Source of the DNA: Candidatus Sumerlaeaceae bacterium
GTDB taxonomy: Bacteria > Sumerlaeota > Sumerlaeia > Sumerlaeales > Sumerlaeaceae
DNA length: 64,000 bases
NCBI GenBank assembly: GCA_051003195.1
Contig: JBPCLP010000045.1
Coordinates: forward strand, 96,001 to 160,000
Direction: 5' to 3'
A program made the translations under genes and the position numbers. Of this stretch, positions 1 through 8,673 are shown in pieces (position 1 is the first letter of the stretch; each line of letters begins with the position of its first letter). The notes under the pieces were generated by a model. That model searched no databases and was not told the DNA's origin. It was given only the letters and a program-made list of their open reading frames with translations.

Positions 1-320
1 CTCGAAACCTGGATTCGGGTATTGGCAGCGACTTTGACGACGATTACTTCCGTCGTTCGTACATGACGCGCCCATACTACGAGACCGGAAAGACATACGA
101 TGAATACGAACCCGCGTATCGCTACGGCCACTCGATGCGCAACCGTTACTCCGGCCGCAGCTTCTCCGACATTGAAACGGATATCGGCCGCGACTGGGAC
201 ACACACCGTGGCAGCTCCAGCCTGACATGGGAACGCGCCAAACACGCTGTGAAGGACGCCTTTGAACGCGTGGGCGATAAGATCGACAAGGTCGTGCATG
301 GAACCCAAACGACCCGCTAA
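1..320 (+). CDS. Hypothetical protein, C-terminal part (5' end outside window)
   Basis: Frame open from position 3 (RNLDSGIGSDFDDDYFRRSYMTRPYY...YEPAYRYG...WERAKHAVKDAF); followed by a terminator. Confidence 0.75.
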   Translation, partial: RNLDSGIGSDFDDDYFRRSYMTRPYYETGKTYDEYEPAYRYGHSMRNRYSGRSFSDIETDIGRDWDTHRGSSSLTWERAKHAVKDAFERVGDKIDKVVHGTQTTR

Positions 321-340
321 ACAGATTACCTGCCAACTCG

Positions 341-366
341 GCCCGGGCATTTGCCCGGGCTTTTTT
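341..366 (+). terminator. Rho-independent terminator
   Basis: GCCCGGGC-ATTT-GCCCGGGC followed by TTTTTT. Confidence 0.8.
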
Positions 367-367
367 A

Positions 368-1609
368 TTAGAGCCTGGACAAAGTCGCCTTCATCCAATT
401 CGCCCCATCCAGAATCCGTGCAATCATCATCCCGCAGACGGTATCGCCGGTTGAATTCACCATCGTAGCCGGCGGGTCGACCATTGTCCCAAGTGCCGCA
501 AGGATCGGCAGCGCTTCCGGCGGAAACCCATAGAGTGTCGCAATCAGAAGCTCTCCCACAAACCCACCTCCTGGTATACCTGCCATTACTGTGCCGCTGA
601 GAATTGCAACCGCCACGGCCATGGCATACGATTCAAAACCATGAAAGGGCATTCCGAACACTCCCGTGAGAAACGCGATCTTCAGAACCGCACTCAGGCA
701 TGAGCCATCCATGTGAATGGTCGCTCCAATCGGAATAACCAGTTCGCGGATATCTGTAGGAACACCGATCTCCTCGGAGGCCTGCAGATTTGCGGGAATT
801 GTCGCGACACTGCTGCCAGTTCCAAGCGCTGTGAGAGCTGGCGCGACGATCGCCTTCCAGAACCGTCTCACACCCTCCGACCGCCCTGCCAGAAACGCGT
901 AAATCGTAAACATGGTGAAAAAATAAAGAAATGCCGTCGGGTAATACAGCAGCATCGCCCGCAGGTAATTACCGAGCAACGATGGACCAAACACGCCGAC
1001 AAGGTAACCGAAGTACGCACCCAGTCCTAACGGCGCCAGGAGCATCACCAGCCCGACCAGCTTGAAAACAACCTGTGACAAGGCGTCCAGCCCCCGAGCC
1101 ACAGCGCGGCCTTGCTCGCCGGATGTCGCGCACGCCAATCCAAAGAATATCGCGAACACAATCAGAGCCAGCATGTTTTTCCGCGAGAGCAGTGCCGGAA
1201 AATCGGAGACCGTGAAAGTGCTGACGATCTGTTCTCCCGCGCTTGCCGGCGCTGCAGCCTTTTCATCCGGCTGCTTCAACTCGATTTTTGCATCCCTTGC
1301 CGGCGGAAAAGCTTTCACGGCGATCAGCATCAGTATGGAAGCGATCGCACCCGTGACGACGAACACCGCCAGCATGGTCACCAGAATGCGGCCAAGACGC
1401 GCCAGGCTCGCCACATTTGCAACGGCGCTCGAAATGCTTACAAACACCAGCGGCACAACCACCGTGAACAGCAGGTTCAGGAAAAGGTCGCCAAAAGGTT
1501 TCAGCACAGCAGCCCGGCTCCCAAGGAACAGCCCTGACAACGAGCCGACGACAATCCCAGCGAGCACGAACAGCAAAAAGCGATAGTTGCTCAACAACTT
1601 GCTACGCAT
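368..1609 (-). CDS. Dicarboxylate/amino acid:cation symporter (SDF/DAACS family)
   Basis: Polytopic; motifs TGSSVATIP, IPIGATIHMDG, TMVNSTGD; ATG 1609 with GAGGA upstream. Confidence 0.9.
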   Translation of the reverse strand: MRSKLLSNYRFLLFVLAGIVVGSLSGLFLGSRAAVLKPFGDLFLNLLFTVVVPLVFVSISSAVANVASLARLGRILVTMLAVFVVTGAIASILMLIAVKAFPPARDAKIELKQPDEKAAAPASAGEQIVSTFTVSDFPALLSRKNMLALIVFAIFFGLACATSGEQGRAVARGLDALSQVVFKLVGLVMLLAPLGLGAYFGYLVGVFGPSLLGNYLRAMLLYYPTAFLYFFTMFTIYAFLAGRSEGVRRFWKAIVAPALTALGTGSSVATIPANLQASEEIGVPTDIRELVIPIGATIHMDGSCLSAVLKIAFLTGVFGMPFHGFESYAMAVAVAILSGTVMAGIPGGGFVGELLIATLYGFPPEALPILAALGTMVDPPATMVNSTGDTVCGMMIARILDGANWMKATLSRL

Positions 1610-1773
1610 GCGGCATCCTCTCGGAAATGGGCCGCACACAACCCGCGATGTTCTGCGATTGCTATACAATTCCGTCCGAGTATTTCATTTCTGGCCAGCG
1701 CGTTCTACGTTGCATGTGGCACAAACGCTCGCCCCAGTGTGGCGCCCAAACATACTAAAACACAGGCGGCATT

Positions 1774-3285
1774 ATGGCGGAGGAGGTAATCTCCGAAGCA
1801 GAAGAGCGATTCGAGCGGATCAGAAAAACTTTCGGTCTGATTGCCGGCCCTATTATTCTGCTTACGCTCATCCTGTTGCCAATGCCCGGCCTCCGGCCCG
1901 AAGCACATCGGTTGGCCGCTGTTCTCGGGTTTGTGATCACCTGGTGGGTATGCGAGCCGGTACCGCTGCCGGTTACCGCCCTGCTTGGGCCCGCGCTGTG
2001 TATTATCCTGGGAGCGGCCGGCGCTAAAGAGCTGCTCGCCAGTTTCGGGGATCCCATCATCTTCGTGTTTCTCGGCAGCTTCATACTCGCACAATCGATG
2101 ACGGTACACGGCCTGGATCGCCGTATCGCACTTACCATCCTCGGCACGCGCTTTGTCGGCAATTCCACTCCACGCCTGATCTTTGCTTTCGGGGCGGTCG
2201 CCGCGTTTCTATCGATGTGGTTGTCCAACACTGCGACCACTGCCATGCTTCTGCCGGTTGCATCAGGAATACTGGGCGAAGTCGCAGGGCTGGAGTCAAA
2301 GCGACTTGGACACACGGTGGATCCCCGTCGCCTGCGGCTCGCCACCGGTCTGATGCTGATGCTGGCCTACTCCGCGTCGGTCGGGGGCATTGGTACTCCC
2401 ATCGGAACTCCGCCTAACCTGATCGGCATCGGCATGATTGAGCGCCTCACTGGTACACGCATCAGTTTCACGCGCTGGATGAGCTTTGCCGTGCCCATGG
2501 TTCTCGTGATGTACCTGGTGCTCTACGTGATCATTATGTGGATGCATAAGCCCGAGGTGCGGCGAATGGATGGCCTGAGCGACTATCTGCTAGACCGTAA
2601 ACGGTCTTTGGGAAGCTGGACTCGAGGACAGGTAAATACGCTCGTCTGTTTCAGCGTCGCTATCTTGCTCTGGATTACACCAGCGGTGCTCGTCGGTCTT
2701 TTTGGCGATAAATCATGGCAGATGGAACTCTATAGTCGCCGAATGCCCGAGGGAGTCGCGGCACTGATCGGTGCCGGGTTGCTGTTCGTACTTCCGGTGA
2801 ATTGGCAGCGACGCGAATTTACACTCCGCTGGCGTGAAGCGACCGAAATCGACTGGGGAACAATCTTCCTTTTCGGCGCAGGCATAGCCCTTGGCGATCT
2901 CGCATCCCGCACCGGTCTGGCCCACACAGTGGGCCATGCCTTTGTACAGGGCACCGGCGTTACCGATATTAATGGCATCACATTTCTGGCAGTCGTCGTC
3001 GGAATCGTGGTCAGCGAGGCCACAAGTAACACCGCAGCCGCTTCCATCGTGATACCCGTCGTGATTGCTGTCTGTAAACAAGCGGGAATTGACCCGGTTG
3101 GCCCGGCCATTGGCGCCTGTATCGGCGCCAGTTATGGATTCATGCTTCCGGTTTCCACAGCGCCTAACGCTCTTGTTTATGGCACCGGAATGGTTCCCAT
3201 TACAAAGATGGCCAAAACTGGCTTCCTGTTTGATATTGTTGGCGCGGTCATTATCTGGGGCGGCGTGCGCCTGCTGATCGGTTGA
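1774..3285 (+). CDS. DASS/SLC13 family anion:sodium symporter
   Basis: SMWLSNTATTAM, GTPIGTPPN, second SNT motif (ATSNTAA), MLPVSTAPNA. Confidence 0.9.
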   Translation: MAEEVISEAEERFERIRKTFGLIAGPIILLTLILLPMPGLRPEAHRLAAVLGFVITWWVCEPVPLPVTALLGPALCIILGAAGAKELLASFGDPIIFVFLGSFILAQSMTVHGLDRRIALTILGTRFVGNSTPRLIFAFGAVAAFLSMWLSNTATTAMLLPVASGILGEVAGLESKRLGHTVDPRRLRLATGLMLMLAYSASVGGIGTPIGTPPNLIGIGMIERLTGTRISFTRWMSFAVPMVLVMYLVLYVIIMWMHKPEVRRMDGLSDYLLDRKRSLGSWTRGQVNTLVCFSVAILLWITPAVLVGLFGDKSWQMELYSRRMPEGVAALIGAGLLFVLPVNWQRREFTLRWREATEIDWGTIFLFGAGIALGDLASRTGLAHTVGHAFVQGTGVTDINGITFLAVVVGIVVSEATSNTAAASIVIPVVIAVCKQAGIDPVGPAIGACIGASYGFMLPVSTAPNALVYGTGMVPITKMAKTGFLFDIVGAVIIWGGVRLLIG

Positions 3286-3305
3286 CGCGCTGCCGCGACG
3301 AATCC

Positions 3306-3404
3306 TTAGCGTGGGTCCTATTAATTCGTTCACTGGTTTTCTGTGCCGTCTGATCTCAAAAGCTTACTGAAGTATAGCTATGAACGTCTGGGACGGCACA
3401 TTAG
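3306..3404 (+). repeat. Dispersed ~95 bp hairpin element (family A), diverged copy
   Basis: TTAG...TTAG flanks; hairpin TGTGCCGTC...GACGGCACA; colinear with the reverse complement of the 53.3 kb units. Confidence 0.65.
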
Positions 3405-4870
3405 CGTAGTTGCTGAATGTTGTCGCTGTTGAAACGGCGTAGATACTGTGTACCGCCTTCAAATTTATGTGCGAAATGCGTTTCGAGCAGCGTCAAAGGC
3501 GGATAGTTGGTTGTCGCGATGTTCACGTGAACATCATAATCCCCTGGCGGGATCTGCAAAGTACGATTTTCATCCTTGGCAAGGATCGCGTTCATTGCAT
3601 CCCCCTCTTCCTGGGGGATAATTTTGAGTGTCATCACAGCCTCGTTCAAGTCATTGAACAGTTTCAAAGTTGCGTTGGACCCACTGATTTTTTTCGTAGT
3701 GAAAAACTTTTCCGCTCGCGCCGTCACCACATCCGTTACCGGTGTCGGTTTCAGATAGGCGACCGCACCATCTCGCGCAGGCACACCGGGGGGCGGCTGA
3801 TCGGAAGCGCGAGCGCCGTACGTAGCTGTTGCCGATGCAATGGGCGTACTTTCCGGTACCACACGAAGGCTCCCCTGGTTAGGGGTTCTTTGAGGCACTG
3901 GCGTCGTCTGCCCCGCTCTTCCAGTACCCTGGGAAAACGCGCGGGCAAGCTGCGCATCTTCATCAATTCCCTGTTCCGGTGTTCCCGCCGCATATACACC
4001 TTTATCGCCTGCATTGCGATTGCCGGTGCCCGCTGGTGGCGCGTGCGCCGCGGTGCCGGGTGCTTGCCGTACAGTTACGTGATCCCCCGTACCTGAGAGC
4101 ACCAGGCCCTCTTGCCCGCTGGTGGGCGCATGCGCCGTTCCGGTAACCGCCGCTTTAGCTTGCTGTAAACTTTCATCTGGAATAACATAAGGCGTCGGGC
4201 CTGAGGGCACGGGCGTTTGCATGTTCTGCACTCCACCGCTCTTTACCATCTCGTTCACGTCTTCCGGCCCACGCAGTGGCACCAGGGAGCCGTCCGAACG
4301 CGCCGCGGCTACCTCGTAGCGCGCGACTGGAGCCGGTGTTGCCGCCGCCGCGGTCGGCTCGCCCATCTTGGCGGCAAAGCTCTGGGCCGACTCAGTCGCA
4401 CCCGGCGTGACTTCCAGCGCAAAGAGCCGCGCCTGCGCCTCCTCGCGAGCCCGGTCACCAGCGAGCTTTGCGTATCGCCGATAGAAAAATAGTGCCGGTC
4501 CCACCATATCCTGTTTGTCGTAAACTTGCGCGAGACGCAGGCTGAGCGCCGCATGACCAGGAAAATCGTGGTCCAGCTTTGTCAGCGTGATAAGAGCCTC
4601 GTTCGGCTTGTCCGCAGCCAGCTGCTTCTCCGCCTGTTCAGCACGTTTGAGCGCTTCTTCGGGCAATCCACTGCTGGTTGAAGTCCGACCAGTTTCCTTG
4701 CTTTTTGCCTTAGACGGCGAATCGGACGATTGTTTCTCTTTTGCTGCGGCTTTTTCGGCTGCAGTTCCCCATGTGCCGAAGCTTATAAGCAGAAGAGTAA
4801 CCAGACTGATCCTGGCTGCGCATACGAAGCGGATAAACAATAATGACCGGACGAAGTGAATGGTATCCAT
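3401..4870 (-). CDS. Exported protein with TPR-like N-terminal region, Pro/Ala/Thr-rich linker and C-terminal beta domain
   Basis: Hydrophobic N-terminus, helical segment (LRLAQVYDKQ...ALFFYRRY), low-complexity middle; start uncertain. Confidence 0.65.
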   Translation of the reverse strand: MDTIHFVRSLLFIRFVCAARISLVTLLLISFGTWGTAAEKAAAKEKQSSDSPSKAKSKETGRTSTSSGLPEEALKRAEQAEKQLAADKPNEALITLTKLDHDFPGHAALSLRLAQVYDKQDMVGPALFFYRRYAKLAGDRAREEAQARLFALEVTPGATESAQSFAAKMGEPTAAAATPAPVARYEVAAARSDGSLVPLRGPEDVNEMVKSGGVQNMQTPVPSGPTPYVIPDESLQQAKAAVTGTAHAPTSGQEGLVLSGTGDHVTVRQAPGTAAHAPPAGTGNRNAGDKGVYAAGTPEQGIDEDAQLARAFSQGTGRAGQTTPVPQRTPNQGSLRVVPESTPIASATATYGARASDQPPPGVPARDGAVAYLKPTPVTDVVTARAEKFFTTKKISGSNATLKLFNDLNEAVMTLKIIPQEEGDAMNAILAKDENRTLQIPPGDYDVHVNIATTNYPPLTLLETHFAHKFEGGTQYLRRFNSDNIQQLR

Positions 4871-4913
4871 GGCGAAGCATTGCACTGCATTCCCAAATGC
4901 AACGCAACGGTTT

Positions 4914-5726
4914 TCAGGGTGCAGCCAGTTCCCGCACCCGCTCGCGGTATGCATCCATTTCGCAGGCATAAACGTCGTGTAGAATCTTCTCATTCAGCAT
5001 GTTGGACCGGTTGTGCCAATGTAGCTTCCGGTTCAGGCATGCAATCTGGTCCGCATAGTGGGAAAGCTGGCCGACATCGTGGCTCACCATGATCACCGTT
5101 AGCTGCATTTCTTCCTTAAGCTGTTGAACCAGGTGGAGGAACCGCTGCTGGCCCGCAGAGTCCACACCGCTTGTCGGCTCGTCCAGGATAAGCAATCGAG
5201 GCTCACTGATCAGCGCCCGCGCGATGAACGTGCGCTGCTGTTGCCCTCCGGACATCCTGCCAATTGGCCGCTGCGCCAGTTCTCCTACTCCCACGCGATC
5301 CAGCAGTTGTAGCGCTCGTTCTCGTAGCGCAGTCGTCGGACGCCGGAACAGCCCGAGCTTCGAAGTTGCGCCCATCAGGACGACATCAAGCGCCGTCGCC
5401 GGGAAGTTCTGGTCTATATCGCTCCGTTGCGGGATATAACCAATGCGTGCACGATCAGAGCGAGTGTGGGAAAGATCATGCCCGAAAACTTCAATATGGC
5501 CATTGTGTAGTGGCAACGTCCCCAGGATCAACTTCAGCAATGTACTCTTGCCGCCGCCGTTGGGGCCAATGATACCCAGAAAAACGCCCTCATCGATACA
5601 GAAGGTGATATCCTCCAGGATAACCTTCGCACCACGAGAGAACCCTACCTGCTTAAGACACACGACGCGCTTCTCGCACGAGCAACGTTCGCTCGACTCG
5701 CATTCACATTTGATCATACGATGCAA
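4914..5726 (-). CDS. Metal (Zn/Mn) ABC transporter ATP-binding protein, ZnuC-like
   Basis: Walker A GPNGGGKST, IGYIPQ, MSGGQQQR, LILDEPT, VSHD, IACLN. Confidence 0.9.
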   Translation of the reverse strand: MHRMIKCECESSERCSCEKRVVCLKQVGFSRGAKVILEDITFCIDEGVFLGIIGPNGGGKSTLLKLILGTLPLHNGHIEVFGHDLSHTRSDRARIGYIPQRSDIDQNFPATALDVVLMGATSKLGLFRRPTTALRERALQLLDRVGVGELAQRPIGRMSGGQQQRTFIARALISEPRLLILDEPTSGVDSAGQQRFLHLVQQLKEEMQLTVIMVSHDVGQLSHYADQIACLNRKLHWHNRSNMLNEKILHDVYACEMDAYRERVRELAAP

Positions 5727-5779
5727 AACAGGCGGAGGAGGACTATATTTATCCGCTGGGCAACGGCGTGCGCTGCCAT

Positions 5780-6934
5780 CTACGTTACCATTCTTTTGGT
5801 GACCATCGCCAGTGTCTGGGCCGCACGACGTACATTTGCGATGTTCAACATCCGGCTGAATCCGATCCGTATTGCGCCCGCGCGACGCTCCTCGCTTAGA
5901 CCCATCGCTTTCAACACCGGCGAATCAACCACGACGCCGGAATGACACGCCGACGTGCTGGAAAGCTGCACGCCTTCCAGGTCCATTGCGATCTGCAGGT
6001 CTTCTTTGTTTTTCACGTCCGCAATGGATATGTTAAATATCCCTGGCATTCTGTGGGTTTGATCAACTGCACCGTTCAGCGTATAGGCTACGCCCGCGAA
6101 ATCCAGTTCGTGGAAGAACGTGCCCTCCAACTCCAGCAGCAGCGGGTGAAGCGTCTCGGCCCTCGGCATCTGCTGCGCGGCAGCCGAAAAGCCAGCCGCC
6201 CCCGCAACATTTTCTGTCCCAGCCCGGCGAAAGTTTTCCTGCCCTCCACCGACCAGCAGGGGCGCGAGGTCCACTCCGTCGCGAACGTAGAGAAATCCAA
6301 TTCCTTTCGGTCCATGGATTTTGTGTGCGCATGCTGTCAGAAAATCCACCGGCATGGTGCGCACATCGAACGGCGTTTTTAAATAGCTCTGCACAATATC
6401 CAGGTGCAGCAGCACGGTTGGAAATGCGAGCTTCACCGCCAAAATCCCTGCGAGATCCTGCAGCACGCCCGTTTCATTATTGCAATGCAGCAGCGTGATC
6501 AGGCGGGTGTTCGGCCGAACTGCGCCCCGTAGCTGCTGCATGTCGACCAGCCCGGTTCCATCGACTGGAATCTCGGTTACTTGCACTCCCTCGCCATGCA
6601 GGCGCTTCTCAAACGCCAGGCGGTTGCGCACACTCGCGTGCTCCGTTGTACTCGTCACAATGTGTACCGGCGCGTCTTTGAAAAAGCGCTGCACCACGGA
6701 CGCGATCACGAGGTTATTGGACTCCGTCCCACTGGACGTAAACACGATCTCCGAAGATTTTGCAGCAATACTCTCAGCAAGCACCGAGCGGGCATCGGCC
6801 AGCACCTTCGCCGCGCGTCGCCCTTCCGTGTGGATGCTGGAGGGATTTCCGAACACCTCAACATTCACTCGGTGCATCGCCTCTGTCGCAATAGGCTCGA
6901 GAGGCGTAGTGGCGCAGTTATCCAAATAAATCAT
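5780..6934 (-). CDS. Cysteine desulfurase (IscS/NifS class V aminotransferase)
   Basis: IYLDNCATTP, GNPSSIH, NNETG, AHKIHGPKG, RAGTEN, catalytic SSTSACHSG. Confidence 0.92.
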   Translation of the reverse strand: MIYLDNCATTPLEPIATEAMHRVNVEVFGNPSSIHTEGRRAAKVLADARSVLAESIAAKSSEIVFTSSGTESNNLVIASVVQRFFKDAPVHIVTSTTEHASVRNRLAFEKRLHGEGVQVTEIPVDGTGLVDMQQLRGAVRPNTRLITLLHCNNETGVLQDLAGILAVKLAFPTVLLHLDIVQSYLKTPFDVRTMPVDFLTACAHKIHGPKGIGFLYVRDGVDLAPLLVGGGQENFRRAGTENVAGAAGFSAAAQQMPRAETLHPLLLELEGTFFHELDFAGVAYTLNGAVDQTHRMPGIFNISIADVKNKEDLQIAMDLEGVQLSSTSACHSGVVVDSPVLKAMGLSEERRAGAIRIGFSRMLNIANVRRAAQTLAMVTKRMVT

Positions 6935-8611
6935 TTAGTTTGATCCCGGCGCCATGGGCGGTCGCGCGAGGAGCTCCGCCCACTTGTGTTTACCTGGTAA
7001 GAGGCCACCACTACTTTCCATGGGTACAAAGAAACTTCTGACCGTTTTTATGTCACCATGGATGGTAAGTTCCGCCATTTGGTCATGCCGCGTTTCACGC
7101 GCTAATTGCAGGGAGCGCGCAGTCACCAGCACCGCGTCGCCGGCAACCACGCTGCTTGTGAGGTTATCTGCCGGTCCGTATGGGCGTACGTTTGGAGAGT
7201 TCGCATTGACGAACTTGAACGTCGGAGTCGACGCCAGCTCTTCAGGAACCCATATCGCTTTTGTCTTCCGCGCCATCACACGCACTCCTTCCGCCGGTTC
7301 GTAGAACACGTCGGCCAGGAACTCACGCCGAACCGCCGGTGAGGCCGGGAATTTCACGAAATATACGTATAGCTGCATGGACATAAAAAGTAATACAAAT
7401 GCGCCGGCAACGCCATATCTCACGGCGGGCGAAATACGGAACTGCACTAATCCAGCCAGCCAGCGCAAGCCGAACAGGTACGCAAACATGACAGCGGGCG
7501 TGGCGCCCTGCATGCGCAACAGGTTGGGTGCGCCAAACGAAAAGATACTGGTGAGGCTAAACACAAAAAGCCAGGCGAGCGTCAGGAATGCGCTCAACTC
7601 CCGGCGCCAGTTCCATACGCACCATATCACCCCAATGTAAAATACACTGCCACTCGCCCAATCGAAAACCGGGGCATATGGCAGGTTATGCTTTCCGACG
7701 TGATCCCCTTTGATTGTCCACATCCTGGCGACATCGACCGCGTTGCTGCAGAGATCGCGCACGGCTTCGGTCGCCGACTTGTCGACGCGCTGCTCTACTT
7801 CAACTCCCGAAGGGTTGACCGTCTTCACCGTTTTCTCGAACATCGAGATTTCGCCCGTGCGGCCGGTAAAGTGCACGGGATGCCGCACGTAATCAACTCC
7901 CAGCGGCATAAACGTGAGAATCGCTCCGGCTGCAACTGCAGCTAGACCACGCCCATCCTTGCGCCAGCTCATTCGTCGCTTCCCAAACTCCCAAACGACC
8001 AGCGCGAGCATGATGATCGGTACGAGGCGAAACGAGAGGTACGTATACATCCCGGCGCCGAGCAACATCCCGCAAAGCCATGCATCCAGCATTCGCCCAC
8101 GTTCCCGCCAGCGAAGCCAGAAGAGGATCACCCCCAGGAGAAAGAAAGGCGGCAATACCGCACGAAAAATTGTCCGGCTGAAATGCAAATGCCATCGAAA
8201 GGCCGCAAACAGCAACGTCCCAAGCAGTCCCCATCGCACGCCGGCAAAACGCCTGGCCACCGGGAAAAACAGCGCGACAGTTGCAATTCCCCAAAGCGCG
8301 CTCACAATGCGCGCCTTTAATGTCGAAGACCCGAACAGCGCGAAGAAGCCACCCAGCGAGTAGATGTACATCGGCTCGCGCATGTGGCTTTCCGTTTCGA
8401 AGAAAATCGGGAACTTTCCATGCGCGACATCCCACCCGTCCAGCGCGTAGATCGCTTCATCGTACCATAGTCCTGGTGGAATTTCATCCAGCGACGTTAG
8501 TCGAACCACCGCAGCAAAGACCAGGATTCCAAGATACAGAAAAACTTCAACTCGCGTGAGTCGGCGGAATCCCGAAGCAAAGCTCGTTACCTGCGAGTCC
8601 CCGGAGGGCAA
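6935..8611 (-). CDS. ArnT/PMT-like (GT-C) membrane glycosyltransferase
   Basis: PPGLWYDEAIY after first TM, LGAGMYTY, many TM segments. Confidence 0.8.
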   Translation of the reverse strand: MPSGDSQVTSFASGFRRLTRVEVFLYLGILVFAAVVRLTSLDEIPPGLWYDEAIYALDGWDVAHGKFPIFFETESHMREPMYIYSLGGFFALFGSSTLKARIVSALWGIATVALFFPVARRFAGVRWGLLGTLLFAAFRWHLHFSRTIFRAVLPPFFLLGVILFWLRWRERGRMLDAWLCGMLLGAGMYTYLSFRLVPIIMLALVVWEFGKRRMSWRKDGRGLAAVAAGAILTFMPLGVDYVRHPVHFTGRTGEISMFEKTVKTVNPSGVEVEQRVDKSATEAVRDLCSNAVDVARMWTIKGDHVGKHNLPYAPVFDWASGSVFYIGVIWCVWNWRRELSAFLTLAWLFVFSLTSIFSFGAPNLLRMQGATPAVMFAYLFGLRWLAGLVQFRISPAVRYGVAGAFVLLFMSMQLYVYFVKFPASPAVRREFLADVFYEPAEGVRVMARKTKAIWVPEELASTPTFKFVNANSPNVRPYGPADNLTSSVVAGDAVLVTARSLQLARETRHDQMAELTIHGDIKTVRSFFVPMESSGGLLPGKHKWAELLARPPMAPGSN

Positions 8612-8673
8612 GGTTCACCCTGCCTGTGTCAGCGGATGCATCTCATGGGCAGCTTCCATTGAATCCAACAACA

